Part shown: piece by piece, positions 52,815 to 63,172 of the stretch
Position numbering within the stretch: the stretch's first letter is position 1
How the letters are laid out: each line of letters begins with the position of its first letter
From: an uncultured delta proteobacterium
GTDB taxonomy: Bacteria; Desulfobacterota; Desulfobacteria; Desulfobacterales; Desulfosalsimonadaceae
NCBI GenBank assembly: GCA_963826785.1
Contig: CAWGYD010000006.1
Coordinates: 128,001-192,000, forward strand
Length of the DNA: 64,000 bases
Direction of reading: 5' to 3'
The notes under the pieces: model-generated
What the model saw: the letters and a program-made list of their open reading frames with translations, nothing else
The model's database searches: none
Told to the model about the DNA's origin: nothing
Made by a program: the position numbers and the translations under genes

Positions 52815-52854
52815 TTTAAGATATCCGGTCCCGAACCCGGGAATAGTCTGCCCC

Positions 52855-55800
52855 ATGATTGAAATCCCCAATTACGAAATCGGCAAACTGGCCGGCCGCG
52901 GCGGCGTGGCCGAAGTTTACCTGGCCCGGCACAAGCTGCTGGACCGGACGGTGGCCATCAAGCTGATTGCCCCTGCGCACGCCGATGATCTGGCGGACAA
53001 GCGCTTTCTCAAGGAAGCCAAAGTGGTGGCCGGGCTCCGCCACCCCAATATCGTCTCCATCTATGATGTCGGCGTTCTGGCGAACAAGTATTACATCATC
53101 ATGGAATACCTGGAGGGGGGCGACCTCAAACAGCACGTCAAACGCGGGCTTTCCATCACCCAGAGCCTGGCCATCACCCGCCAGATCGCCTCTGCCCTGG
53201 CAAACGCCCACGACAAGGGGTTCATCCACCGGGATATCAAATCGCAGAATATCATGTTCCGCGGGGACGGCACGGCGGTGCTCACCGATTTCGGCATCGT
53301 CAAGGACCTGAGGGCCGAAACCGGGTACACGCTGGACGGCACCAGCATCGGCACCCCCCATTATATGAGCCCGGAGCAGGCCCAGGGCGCCGCGAAAATC
53401 GACTGGCGGACCGACCTGTACAGCCTGGGGGTGACCTTTTACGAAATGCTCACGGGATCGCCCCCCTACAATGCCGATTCCGCCATCGCGGTGGCCTTGA
53501 AGCACATCAAGGATCCGGTTCCCCGGCTGCCGGACCACCTGATCCGGTTTCAACCGGTCATCGACAAATTGATGGCCAAAAATCCCGAGGACCGGTTCCA
53601 GTCCGCCCATGACCTGATTGTCGCCATCGAACGCCTGGAAGGCAAGGATACGCCCACCGAAGCCTTCGCAGCCGTCACCCAGGTGCTGGTTCCGGAGAAA
53701 AAAATCAGCCCGCTGAGGATCTTTATCGCCGTGGCCGCCATCAGCATCGTGGGCGGAATGGTGATGCTCAACTGGCCGGACATTGTGGATTTAATGGACG
53801 GCCATCAGCTCCTGGAAAGATCCCAGGCCCGGGAGGATAATCGCAACGGGTCCGCAGACGGGAAATCCACCGGAGCGGCATCCGGCTGGAAAGGCGTATT
53901 TGCCACCGGCCGGTCCGGGCGAATCAACGAGAAGCTGCTCTCCAGGGCCATCTCCAACAAGGACTACGCTTCCGCGCTGGATTACATTTTGAAAACCCGG
54001 AAGGAAATGCCCGCGGTCGAAAATGAAATGATCATCAAAGCCGACCGGTTCCTGGCGTCGGGACAGCTGACCAATGCCGCAGATATTTACAACACCGTTA
54101 TTTCCGTGGACCCGGAGAATGCATCGGCCGTGCTCGGCCTGATGAATGCAGCCATTGAAAAGCAGGTGGAAATCACCGGCCGGGAAAAGCCCTCCATTGC
54201 CGATCATGAATCGCTGCTGGGACTGCAGAACAAGGCCATCGGGAGCACCGGTTTCAATGTTTTCAAGCTGCTGCAGATCAACACGGTGGAATCGCTGTTT
54301 GAAAACGCGAAAAGCCGCTATGCGCAGTCGGACTTCCAGTCGGCCGACCGCTGGGTGCAGGCCGGATTGAAATATGCCCCGGACCACCTGCGGCTCAAAA
54401 AGTTAAATTTTCGCATCAAGGCGCAGATCTGCTTCGATCAGGACCGCCTGACCCTGCCGGAGGAAGATAACGCGCTGACCTTTTACCGGCAGATCCTGCT
54501 TCTTGACCCGGAAGATCCCGGGGCAAAAGAGGGCATCGCCAAAATCGTCTCCCGATACCGGGACATGGCCAAAGCCGCCCGGGAGGAGAAAAAATATGCG
54601 GATGCCGCCGAACTCATGGCCAAGGCCCGTTTGATCGCACCGGAAGACGTGGAGCTAAAGGCCGCCGAATGGATGATCCTGGGGGACATGTATTTTGAAC
54701 AAGGAAGATACACGGCCCCGGAAAATGAAAATGCGCTGAATTATTACCGCAAGGTGCTGGTGCTGGAGCCGGGGCAGCCCCGGGCGGCCGAACGGATCGC
54801 TGAAATCGAAGTGCGTGCGCCGCTGCAGCAGGTCCGGCAGGCAAAGACCACCGCGGAAAAAATCCCCGCATACCGGAATCTTTTTGCCTCGATTGAATCC
54901 GCATCGGGACAGAACACTTCCCGGCAGATGGATGCGCTGCAGGACATGATCGCATCCCAGGTTAAATCCGACATCGATGATCTGAAGAAAAAAAAATCGC
55001 TCATTCCGATCGAGTTTGTCGAACTGATATCCGCCCGCTTCCCGCAGATGAAGCCGGACCTGGCAGCCGCCCGGTACGACATTCTACTGGCCCGGGGCGA
55101 TGCCTCGGCGCCCGAAGCGAAAAGCGCCGAATTCTACATCCAGGCCCTGGCCCTGAATCCCGACGGCGCCCCGGCCCGCAGCCGGATCGAAAACCAGGTC
55201 ACCCGGCTCTATGACAGCGGCAAGAGCAGCGAAGCCGAGGCCATTTTGAAACAGGCGATGCAGACCACGGGCAAAGACGCCGGATTTGACCGGATGTTAA
55301 AGACCATCCGGGCGCTCCAGGCGGAAAAAACCGGGTTGTATGAAATGATGCATCGCATAAAGCAGCTGCCGTCCCTGCCGGAAAAGGCCGACACCTATTT
55401 CGCTCTTTTTTCCCGGATGGATGCGGCCATGTCCCGCTACGGAGCCAAAAAGCTGACGGATGTAAAAACCGCCGTTGCCGCACAGATCAGGGCCGATGTC
55501 GACCGCCAGAAACAAAACCGCCAGATCATCCCCCCGGCGTTTCTGGCCCAGGCGGCCAGAAATTTCCCGGAGATCAGCGATGATCTGTTCCAGGCCCAGT
55601 ATGACATCCTGATCGCCCGGGGAGATGCCGGCGCAACGGCCCACCCGGAAGCAGATTACCTGGAAGCGCTGAAACTGGCCCCGGACAGGGCCGACGCCAG
55701 GGTCCGCATCGAACAGATGGCCCTTCAACTCGATCGGACCGGCAGCAACGCCGATGCGGTGGCCCTTCTTCGACAGGGGGCCGGCATCGCCCCGGATCAT

Positions 55801-56160
55801 GAAAGATTTGCGGAACTGGTTCGAAAAATTCAGCGGGTGATCCGGGTATTTGCCACCGCCCAGGGATGCGGAAACCAGAACATCATTATCTATTCGGCCC
55901 CGGTTTCCAGCGAGAGCATTGACCTGTGCATTCAATATGCAAATACAAAGCCCGACACGGTCATCAGCGTGCTGCTGGAAAACCAGAACGGCCAGTCCGT
56001 CGAGGTCCCGGTGGTCTTAAACAACGCGTCCGGCAACAAGGGGGTGACCATAGATGCCCCGGTGGAAGGATTTATGACCGGCACCTATTCAATCTCTGTG
56101 AAACAAAACGATAAGATCTTATCGGAAACCCAAATCGAATTTGTTCCCAAACGGAGGTGA
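52855..56160 (+). CDS. Membrane Hanks-type Ser/Thr kinase with periplasmic TPR-like repeats and C-terminal beta domain
   Basis: GRGGVAEV, VAIK, HRDIK, DFG, GTPHYMSPE; TM; repeated PEEDNALTFYRQIL / PENENALNYYRKVL and YDILLARGD / YDILIARGD. Confidence 0.93.
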   Translation: MIEIPNYEIGKLAGRGGVAEVYLARHKLLDRTVAIKLIAPAHADDLADKRFLKEAKVVAGLRHPNIVSIYDVGVLANKYYIIMEYLEGGDLKQHVKRGLSITQSLAITRQIASALANAHDKGFIHRDIKSQNIMFRGDGTAVLTDFGIVKDLRAETGYTLDGTSIGTPHYMSPEQAQGAAKIDWRTDLYSLGVTFYEMLTGSPPYNADSAIAVALKHIKDPVPRLPDHLIRFQPVIDKLMAKNPEDRFQSAHDLIVAIERLEGKDTPTEAFAAVTQVLVPEKKISPLRIFIAVAAISIVGGMVMLNWPDIVDLMDGHQLLERSQAREDNRNGSADGKSTGAASGWKGVFATGRSGRINEKLLSRAISNKDYASALDYILKTRKEMPAVENEMIIKADRFLASGQLTNAADIYNTVISVDPENASAVLGLMNAAIEKQVEITGREKPSIADHESLLGLQNKAIGSTGFNVFKLLQINTVESLFENAKSRYAQSDFQSADRWVQAGLKYAPDHLRLKKLNFRIKAQICFDQDRLTLPEEDNALTFYRQILLLDPEDPGAKEGIAKIVSRYRDMAKAAREEKKYADAAELMAKARLIAPEDVELKAAEWMILGDMYFEQGRYTAPENENALNYYRKVLVLEPGQPRAAERIAEIEVRAPLQQVRQAKTTAEKIPAYRNLFASIESASGQNTSRQMDALQDMIASQVKSDIDDLKKKKSLIPIEFVELISARFPQMKPDLAAARYDILLARGDASAPEAKSAEFYIQALALNPDGAPARSRIENQVTRLYDSGKSSEAEAILKQAMQTTGKDAGFDRMLKTIRALQAEKTGLYEMMHRIKQLPSLPEKADTYFALFSRMDAAMSRYGAKKLTDVKTAVAAQIRADVDRQKQNRQIIPPAFLAQAARNFPEISDDLFQAQYDILIARGDAGATAHPEADYLEALKLAPDRADARVRIEQMALQLDRTGSNADAVALLRQGAGIAPDHERFAELVRKIQRVIRVFATAQGCGNQNIIIYSAPVSSESIDLCIQYANTKPDTVISVLLENQNGQSVEVPVVLNNASGNKGVTIDAPVEGFMTGTYSISVKQNDKILSETQIEFVPKRR

Positions 56161-56166
56161 TTTCTC

Positions 56167-57047
56167 ATGCGAAAGATTCTTCTGGCCCTCATCGTGGCCG
56201 CGGCGTGCACGGGGTGCGCCGCCAACTGCAACAGCATCCAGCAGCAGCTGGACGGCTGCCAGAAAACAATGACCGACCAGGATTTCATCATCAAGAAACA
56301 GGATTCCACCATCCGGCAGAAGGACCAGCAGATCAAGACCCAGGAGGAAACCATCCAGGGCCTGCAGGCCGAAGTTACGGAACTCAGCCGCCGTCTGGAG
56401 ATCAGCGCAAAGGAAAAAGACCGGTCCAGCGACCGCATCAAGAACATCGCCGCCGGCGTCCGGGAATATCTGAAGAAGCAGATGCAGGAGAACCGCAATT
56501 TTCTGACGGACGTGGCACTGGAAGACTTCATCGGCAATGAACTGATCGAACGGGCGCATGCCGGTGAAGAAGGCATGTTCATCATCGACATGGCCAACCC
56601 GATCCCCAGCGGGGGGCAGGTCAACGGCATCGGCGGCTATTTTTCGGGCCCGGCGGACATTGTGGTCAAGCTGCTCCGGCCGGTGGGGCTGGAATACATT
56701 GTCACCTACAACAAGCAGGTCCACGTGGATGCCGAAGGGCCGGGGAGAAAACCGTCGATTTTGACAAACCGCTGATCGTCAAAAAGGATGACATCCTGGC
56801 CTATTATTTCCCCGAAAAAGTGAATGTGCCCTTCGACATCAACATCGGCACCAAAACTTATTCCCGCATGCGTTCGGACAAGTTCGACCAGGGCACCCGG
56901 ATCACCGCGGAAGATATCTGGAACGAGGACCAGGAAAGCCGGAAGTATTCACTGAACTACTATGGGGTATTCTACACCCGGTTCGAATCCTCGGAATTTG
57001 ATGTCATGAGTATTGTGCGGGAAAAAGAAAAATCAGGCACAGAATAG
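56167..57047 (+). CDS. Lipoprotein with N-terminal coiled coil (frameshift at ~56747)
   Basis: Lipobox CTGC; continuation KTVDFDKPLIVKKDDILAYYFPEKVNVPF into ORF 56820-57047. Confidence 0.72.
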
Positions 57048-57113
57048 CGCGCATCGATTCTGCTTTTCCTGCGCTTTGGCAATTCTTCGAAACCCTTTTT
57101 CGGAGACGATCCT

Positions 57114-58034
57114 ATGACACGCCAGACCCGACCCGTAGCCGTGGTGTTCGCAGATATTTGCAAGAGTTCCAATCTCTATGAACGACTGGGAAACCAGTCG
57201 GCCCGGGAAATCATCGGCCGGGTGCTCAAACGGCTTTCCACCCTCACCGGCCAGTTCGATGGCCGGGTGGTCAAGACCATTGGAGATGCCGTCCTGTGCA
57301 TCTTTGATTCCGCGGACAATGCGGTGGAGGCGTCCGCCGCCATGCAGGCCGCCATGGCAGACGCCCTGCCCGGCACCCGGGACATGCCGGCGGTCAACAT
57401 CCATATCGGAATTCATTACGGGCCCGTTATCATCGAAAATGACGATATTTTCGGTGATGTGGTCAATGTCACCGCCCGGGTGGCGGATTACGCCAACCCC
57501 CGGCAGATTGTGGCCACCCGGACGGCCTTTGATCACCTTTCATGCACTTCCCTGCGGTGCAAGAAATTTCTCTCCAGGATCACCGCCAAAAATATCACCG
57601 GCGAGATCGAACTCTATGAAGTGCTTCTGGAGGACCAGCAGACCACGCTGGTCCTCGACTCCCGCAGATTATTCGATGCCTCCGGCATCAGCCTGTTTCT
57701 GGTCCGGGGCGGCCAGGTGCTCATCATCGATGCACAGCGCCCCACGATATCGGTGGGGCGCGAGGAGTTCAACGACATCTGCATCAAATGCTCCTGGATA
57801 TCCAGGACCCACGCCTACATCGAAAACCGCAGCGGCACCTTCATGCTCAAGGACAAGAGCACCAACGGGACCTATATCTACCCGGAAGATGCCAGGCCCA
57901 TCTATATCAACAAGGGCGAACACCCGCTGACGGGAAAAGGCGTCATCGTTTTCGGCCGGCAGAAAACGGAAGCCGATACCGCCGACCTGGACATCCTTCA
58001 GTATTCCGCCAACGGCAGCCCGAGTCAGAATTAG
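57114..58034 (+). CDS. Class III adenylate cyclase with C-terminal FHA domain
   Basis: FADI, VVKTIGDAV, IGIHYG, DIFGDVVNVTAR; FHA VGR, ISRTHA, STNGT. Confidence 0.92.
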   Translation: MTRQTRPVAVVFADICKSSNLYERLGNQSAREIIGRVLKRLSTLTGQFDGRVVKTIGDAVLCIFDSADNAVEASAAMQAAMADALPGTRDMPAVNIHIGIHYGPVIIENDDIFGDVVNVTARVADYANPRQIVATRTAFDHLSCTSLRCKKFLSRITAKNITGEIELYEVLLEDQQTTLVLDSRRLFDASGISLFLVRGGQVLIIDAQRPTISVGREEFNDICIKCSWISRTHAYIENRSGTFMLKDKSTNGTYIYPEDARPIYINKGEHPLTGKGVIVFGRQKTEADTADLDILQYSANGSPSQN

Positions 58035-58047
58035 AATCGAATCCGGA

Positions 58048-58917
58048 ATGAAAATAATGTCATCGGATGCCCCTGCTCCGGCCGATGGGGTCCGCATCAC
58101 CTGGCTGGGCACGGCCGGCTGCTTCATCACCGATGGGCAGACCGCTTTTTTCATCGATCCCTTTGTCAGCCGGCCCGGGCTGTTAAAAGTGGCCCTGGGC
58201 GTATCGCTTTCACCCCTAAAAGACCTGATCGGCCACTGGTGCCAGAAAACCTGCGGTGCATCGGCGGATGCGGTGATCGTCAGCCATTCCCATTACGACC
58301 ATGCCATGGACGCGCCCTTTTTTGCGGCAGATACCGGGGCGGTGCTGATGGGGTCCCAAAGTACGGCCTGGATCGGCCGCGGCGCCGGGATGGCCGAAGA
58401 CCGGATCCGGATTGTCGCGGCAGACGACCGTATCCGGCTGGGGCGTTTTGACATAAAATTTCTGGAAAGCCGGCATGGTGCGGCCCTGTTCGGCAGCGTG
58501 CCCTGGCCCGGGCAACTGGACAAACCCCTTATCCCGCCGGCAGCGGCATCAAGGTACCGGCTGGGCGAAACATTTACCCTGGTCATCGAACATCCCGCAG
58601 GAACCCTTGTGCACAACGGCAGCGCGGGATATCTGCCCGGCATGTTTGACGGCATCCGCGCGGATGTGGTTCTGCTGGGCATCGCCGGCCGAAAAAACAG
58701 CCGGTCGCTCATCGAAAACATTGTCCTTCCGCTAAAGGCCCGCGTGCTCATCCCCATCCACTTCGACCATTTCTTTTCTCCGCTGCCCGGACCGGAAGAA
58801 TCCATCCGCAGCCTGTGGGGCGTTGGTTTAAAGGAATTCACCCGGTCCGCAGCCGCATACGCAGACATCTTCGGGGTGCGCTGGATTCCCATTGGAAAGC
58901 CCGTGGCTGTATTTTAA
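58048..58917 (+). CDS. Metallo-beta-lactamase-fold hydrolase
   Basis: WLGTAG, IDPF, SHSHYDHAMD, IPIHFD. Confidence 0.9.
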   Translation: MKIMSSDAPAPADGVRITWLGTAGCFITDGQTAFFIDPFVSRPGLLKVALGVSLSPLKDLIGHWCQKTCGASADAVIVSHSHYDHAMDAPFFAADTGAVLMGSQSTAWIGRGAGMAEDRIRIVAADDRIRLGRFDIKFLESRHGAALFGSVPWPGQLDKPLIPPAAASRYRLGETFTLVIEHPAGTLVHNGSAGYLPGMFDGIRADVVLLGIAGRKNSRSLIENIVLPLKARVLIPIHFDHFFSPLPGPEESIRSLWGVGLKEFTRSAAAYADIFGVRWIPIGKPVAVF

Positions 58918-59161
58918 AACCGCTTCTGCAGGCCACTCAAAAAGCAGATAGCGGGCTGTTTCCTTTTTTGAAGGGTCTTGCCATTGACAGCAGAGGCGCG
59001 GACCGGCATATTCAATGTTTTTACAGATGGAACTTTCGGTCTCCCCTGTGAACGTGATCGTGCACGTGCACGAAAAACCGGAACTTTCTTGAAAGTGCCC
59101 CACCCCGTTGCGCGGTGTTTTTGCAGCAAGGAGTTTTCGGATCGTAACGGCCACCGCCGGT

Positions 59162-59367
59162 ACACCCCCCTTTAATTCCCCCCTCAAGGGGGGATTAGGG
59201 CTTACGATCAAATTCCTAACTTTAGGGGGGAACTCCTTTTCTTATTCCCTCCTGCGAGGGGGGACTCCTTTTTTAATTCCCCCCTGCGAGGAGGGATTCC
59301 TTTTTTAATTCCCCCCTGCGAGGGCTCCTTTTTTATTCCCCCCTTGAGGGGGGACCAAGGGGGGTGT
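59162..59367. repeat. C6/G6 palindromic REP/MITE-like element with internal ~32-bp tandem repeats
   Basis: Left arm identical to that at 24922; 3-4 units like CTCCTTTTTTAATTCCCCCCTGCGAGGGGGGA; inverted right arm ...GGGGGGTGT. Confidence 0.82.
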
Positions 59368-59485
59368 TCGAACTGACGGAAACAAAAAAATAAAACTTAT
59401 TTAAACCGCTTGCCAAATTAAGTCCCTGGAATCCAAATTAAATCCATCTTAGAAAAGGGAGGAATTTTGGCACGCCAATATTTTA

Positions 59486-59518
59486 AATCCCCCCCACCCC
59501 CCTTTGCGAAAGGGGGGA
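59486..59518. repeat. Variant solo C6/G6 hairpin
   Basis: AATCCCCCCCACCCCCCTTTGCGAAAGGGGGGA. Confidence 0.6.
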
Positions 59519-59556
59519 GGAAATGACACCAAAACGACTAGTGGAGTAGCAATCAT

Positions 59557-60120
59557 ATGGACAAGCAGGAATCCTTTTATGAATCCATCCAAAGCATGAT
59601 TCCCAAAAATTTCCCCGAAAACGTCATAGCGATCCACCGCCGGGTCGACGCCTGTGCGGCCGGGCTTTCAGGACGACATGCGGGCCGGCTCAAATGCCGG
59701 AAAACCTGTCATGACTGCTGCAGAGACGAGATTACCGTCTTTGAAGTGGAGGCCGAGGTCATCCGGATTTTTCATGCTGAATTGCTGAGAGCGGGAATGC
59801 CGCATCCGAAAGGAAAGTGTGCATTTCTGGATGCCGATGGCATTTGCCGGATTTACGAACACCGCCCTTATGTCTGCCGCACCCAGGGGCTTCCGCTCCG
59901 ATGGATCGAGGAGCAGGAAACCGAAACAGGCGAACTGGAGATCGTCGAATACCGGGACATCTGCCCCCTCAACGAAGAAGGGGTGCCCGTCGAACGGCTT
60001 GACGAAGATGACTGCTGGACACTCGGTCCGGTGGAAGGGGAACTTGCCGCCCTGGAACAGGCACTCGACAACGGAAAAATGCGGCGAATTTTACTGAGAG
60101 ATCTCTTCACCCGCAGATGA
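59557..60120 (+). CDS. YkgJ-family cysteine cluster protein
   Basis: CRKTCHDCC, CAFL...CRIYEHRPYVCR. Confidence 0.9.
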   Translation: MDKQESFYESIQSMIPKNFPENVIAIHRRVDACAAGLSGRHAGRLKCRKTCHDCCRDEITVFEVEAEVIRIFHAELLRAGMPHPKGKCAFLDADGICRIYEHRPYVCRTQGLPLRWIEEQETETGELEIVEYRDICPLNEEGVPVERLDEDDCWTLGPVEGELAALEQALDNGKMRRILLRDLFTRR

Positions 60121-60407
60121 AACGCAATTTCCAGAAATCATTAAGCCATTAATATTTTATCGAATAGTCTATGAAAAAATCATCATTTTTTGACAACAGC
60201 GAAAAGCCGATTATTTATGATTTTATGACACGTCTGTTGGAAACATCTCTTCGCTGAATAGAAAATTATTCTTCGCTCTTCCTCCTGAATGCCGGCAGGC
60301 ATGTCGCAGTCACCATCCCTTTTTCAAAAAATTGAAAAAAATAATAAGGTTGGCCGAAGCAAGCGGCACGTGTCGATCATCCACCATTTCAAAGGGGGAA
60401 AACAGCA

Positions 60408-61154
60408 ATGAAAATGTTCAAATTATTTATGGTACTGATCTTAACATCAGTTTTACCGATGGCCCTGGGCGGATGCAGCTGGGATTTCAACAATCCCTAT
60501 GCCGACGAGTGGGATGTCCAGATCGTGGGCGATTCGGTGTTTGACCTTTCAGGGGATATTCATGATGTCCTGCAGTATCTTTCCGGCAAATCCTACAAAG
60601 ACCGCTCGGTCAGCGGCGCCAAGATCGCGGCCATCGACAGCCAGCTGGCCAAAGCTGAAAGCCGGTCTTCCCTGAAAAGCGTTATTGCGGACGGCGGCGC
60701 GAACGATATCCTCCAGGGCACTGCGGATTGCGATACGGATCCCCTGACCTCGGGCTGCCTCGACGTGCTGGACTATGTGAATGACAAGATGTGGAACATG
60801 ATCCTCGACATGTATTACGGCCCCTCGGACAGCCACGTCTGGATGGGCTATTATCATGTCAAGGCAAGTGAAGTTGAGAAAAATGAAGCCATCGACTATG
60901 TCTATGACAACGCATACCCTGACCTGTTCGATTTTACACCATACGGCGGCACCGCGTATGCGGGGACGGTTTCCGGTTATGGCGAATATTACGGCAGCAC
61001 CTTGAATGGATTTTCAATTGCCGTGGCGGACCCGAGGGACTTCATTTTCCCAACAGACATTAAATCAGATGATATCCATCCCACCTACAGCGGCTCGGAA
61101 AAACTGGCCAACCTGATCTGGGGTGTGATGGTGCAGAAGAACTTCTATCGTTAA
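60408..61154 (+). CDS. SGNH/GDSL hydrolase lipoprotein
   Basis: Lipobox LGGC; GDS, GANDI, DDIHP. Confidence 0.85.
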   Translation: MKMFKLFMVLILTSVLPMALGGCSWDFNNPYADEWDVQIVGDSVFDLSGDIHDVLQYLSGKSYKDRSVSGAKIAAIDSQLAKAESRSSLKSVIADGGANDILQGTADCDTDPLTSGCLDVLDYVNDKMWNMILDMYYGPSDSHVWMGYYHVKASEVEKNEAIDYVYDNAYPDLFDFTPYGGTAYAGTVSGYGEYYGSTLNGFSIAVADPRDFIFPTDIKSDDIHPTYSGSEKLANLIWGVMVQKNFYR

Positions 61155-61289
61155 ACAACTGCTTCTCAATTTTTGATCCGGCGCTGCCTGCTTGCTAGGC
61201 CAACATGTCAACGCGCCCGGATTTCAATTGTGTCATACCCCCTTGAAGTGGTCAGGGGGTATCCCTCGAAATCATAACGCATCACCATT

Positions 61290-61423
61290 TGATGAAGCCG
61301 TAAAAAGTCGGATTTTACGCTTTCGTCATTCCGGCGGAGGCCGGAATCTACTACAAACTAAGGTGGTTATAGACTCCGGTTTTCACCGGAGTGACGAACT
61401 TCGGACTTTTTACGGGTTCATCA
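61290..61423. mobile_element. MITE-like element with 20-bp terminal inverted repeats enclosing a REP doublet
   Basis: TGATGAAGCCGTAAAAAGTC ... GACTTTTTACGGGTTCATCA (1 mismatch); inner GTCATTCCGGCGGAGGCCGGAATC ... GACTCCGGTTTTCACCGGAGTGAC. Confidence 0.75.
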
Positions 61424-61461
61424 TCATCTGAACTGATTTAAAAACATGCAAGGGTAAAAAA

Positions 61462-62190
61462 ATGGGGAAAAAAACAGCCATTGTCAGCATCGTATTATTG
61501 GCCGTCATGATTGCAGGCGGCATCCTCGTCTTAAAGTACGATAATCCGTCAATTCAGGATAACCTATCAGAACTCAAGGATATTTCACCGGATAAGGCCA
61601 TACGCCCCGGGCAGGAAAAGGCGCCGCTTCAAAAAAGGCCTGTTCGGGAATCGGAATCAGCCCTTAAACCCGTGGCCGCAAAAACTCCCGGAAAAATGGG
61701 CGCAGATGGCCTCAAAACGCTGGAACAGCCGGCTGAACCCGCGCCGGTCGTTCATCCCGAATACATCGAGGAGATCAAGGAGCAGATTTACGCCAGGGAG
61801 ATCGAAAGCGTGGAGCAGATTGAGCTGCTTGATGAACTGGTCCAGACCGGAGACAAGGATACCCGGGCGTTCTGGGGGGACGGCTGGACCAGCGTGGACG
61901 ACTGGAAAGAAAACAACAACGGCTTTGTGCTTGAAAAAAAGGATGACGGCACACTTGTTTTTGATCCGGATTCCGAGACGGCCAAAACCTACACCTTCTT
62001 CGAGAATCCCCAGACCTACAAGTATGATGAGGAAAACAGGGAATTTGTCAACGAGGTCGATTATTACGGCAAAACCATTTACAATGTTGCCAAGTTCATC
62101 AACAACGATGTGCTGGTGATGATGACCATCAGCGGGCGGAAGGTGGATCTCAATATCTACCAGAAAAACGCGGGCCAGATCGCCAATTGA
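61462..62190 (+). CDS. Hypothetical exported or membrane-anchored protein
   Basis: N-terminal hydrophobic anchor; 242-aa ORF with host-like codon usage. Confidence 0.7.
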   Translation: MGKKTAIVSIVLLAVMIAGGILVLKYDNPSIQDNLSELKDISPDKAIRPGQEKAPLQKRPVRESESALKPVAAKTPGKMGADGLKTLEQPAEPAPVVHPEYIEEIKEQIYAREIESVEQIELLDELVQTGDKDTRAFWGDGWTSVDDWKENNNGFVLEKKDDGTLVFDPDSETAKTYTFFENPQTYKYDEENREFVNEVDYYGKTIYNVAKFINNDVLVMMTISGRKVDLNIYQKNAGQIAN

Positions 62191-62199
62191 GCATCCGCA

Positions 62200-62973
62200 T
62201 CACTCGCCGATGCGACCTTCGATCCGGATCTTAAATTCCGGACGGGCGCTGTTGTCGGTCTGCACGAACAGCACATCCTGGTAGGGCCCCGGCTGCTTGC
62301 GGGTATTCCTGACGGTTATTTCATAGGCTTTTTGGCCGTTTTCGCGGATTTCTTTATAGTCGTAGTCAAACCACACGCCCTTTCGGGTTTTGATGCCGGT
62401 AATGTTAAACGGGTAATTCTCGTTGGGGATGACGATCGATTTTTTGACGATTTCCTCCCCCGGCGATCCTTTCAGCCATATGCGGTAGGGATTTAAGGCC
62501 GCAAACTCCTTGACGTACAACGAAATATCAATGGTGATCTCGGGGCGCGCCGGGTCATTCGTCTCCGCCCGGATGGTCCCGTTGATCTCCTTGCCGCCCC
62601 GGGAATCGGTGAGCAGAAGCACCGAAATTCTCCCGGTCATGCCCGGCCCGATGGTCTGGGAGTATGACGAAACCACCGTTCCGCAGCAGCCCTCGGCCTT
62701 GGTCAGCTTGAGAATCTCGCCGGAATCATTTTTGATGATAAAGTCGTGCTTGATAATATCCCCCTGCAAAGCCGGTTCAAAAACATAGGAGCTGTGCGGC
62801 TTTTCGACAACGGAGCTGGAGTAGATGGGCTCCATATCGCGTCCGGCATAAAAATTTATTTCTTTTCTGCCGCTGTTTTCCGAGGCCTTTTTATCATTTC
62901 TGCAGGAGGGAAAAATGATCCCCATTATCATCAGGCCGAGCAGGATCATGCTGAAATTCTTTTTTAATCGCAT
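62200..62973 (-). CDS. DUF1573-like Ig-fold lipoprotein
   Basis: Lipobox FPSC; HDFIIKNDSGEILKL...GCCGT...IGPGMTGRI; TNDP. Confidence 0.75.
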   Translation of the reverse strand: MRLKKNFSMILLGLMIMGIIFPSCRNDKKASENSGRKEINFYAGRDMEPIYSSSVVEKPHSSYVFEPALQGDIIKHDFIIKNDSGEILKLTKAEGCCGTVVSSYSQTIGPGMTGRISVLLLTDSRGGKEINGTIRAETNDPARPEITIDISLYVKEFAALNPYRIWLKGSPGEEIVKKSIVIPNENYPFNITGIKTRKGVWFDYDYKEIRENGQKAYEITVRNTRKQPGPYQDVLFVQTDNSARPEFKIRIEGRIGE

Positions 62974-63172
62974 CTTAAAATCCTTTTAAACGGGTTGACG
63001 ATTTATCCAAATCTATATTGATGAGATGATACGATGTCAAGTCGCCGGCTTTCCGGCATATCCGAAATACTCGATGCAACTGTTGATTTTTCAGGTATTT
63101 TATGGCCGTTTGACACCCGGTCGCATTAGTGCCATATTTTCATAATCCGACACATGGCATCTCGCCCCGGCG

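Noticed and set aside
51101..56160. Type VI secretion cluster
   Set aside because: Only kinase, phosphatase and FHA genes; no structural tss genes in window
59162..59367. CRISPR array (also 25041-25127 and 63200-63420)
   Set aside because: Units are contiguous degenerate tandem repeats without unique spacers; no cas genes
62670..62700. Selenocysteine in the DUF1573-like protein
   Set aside because: Motif is encoded as GCCG with ordinary Cys codons; no in-frame TGA
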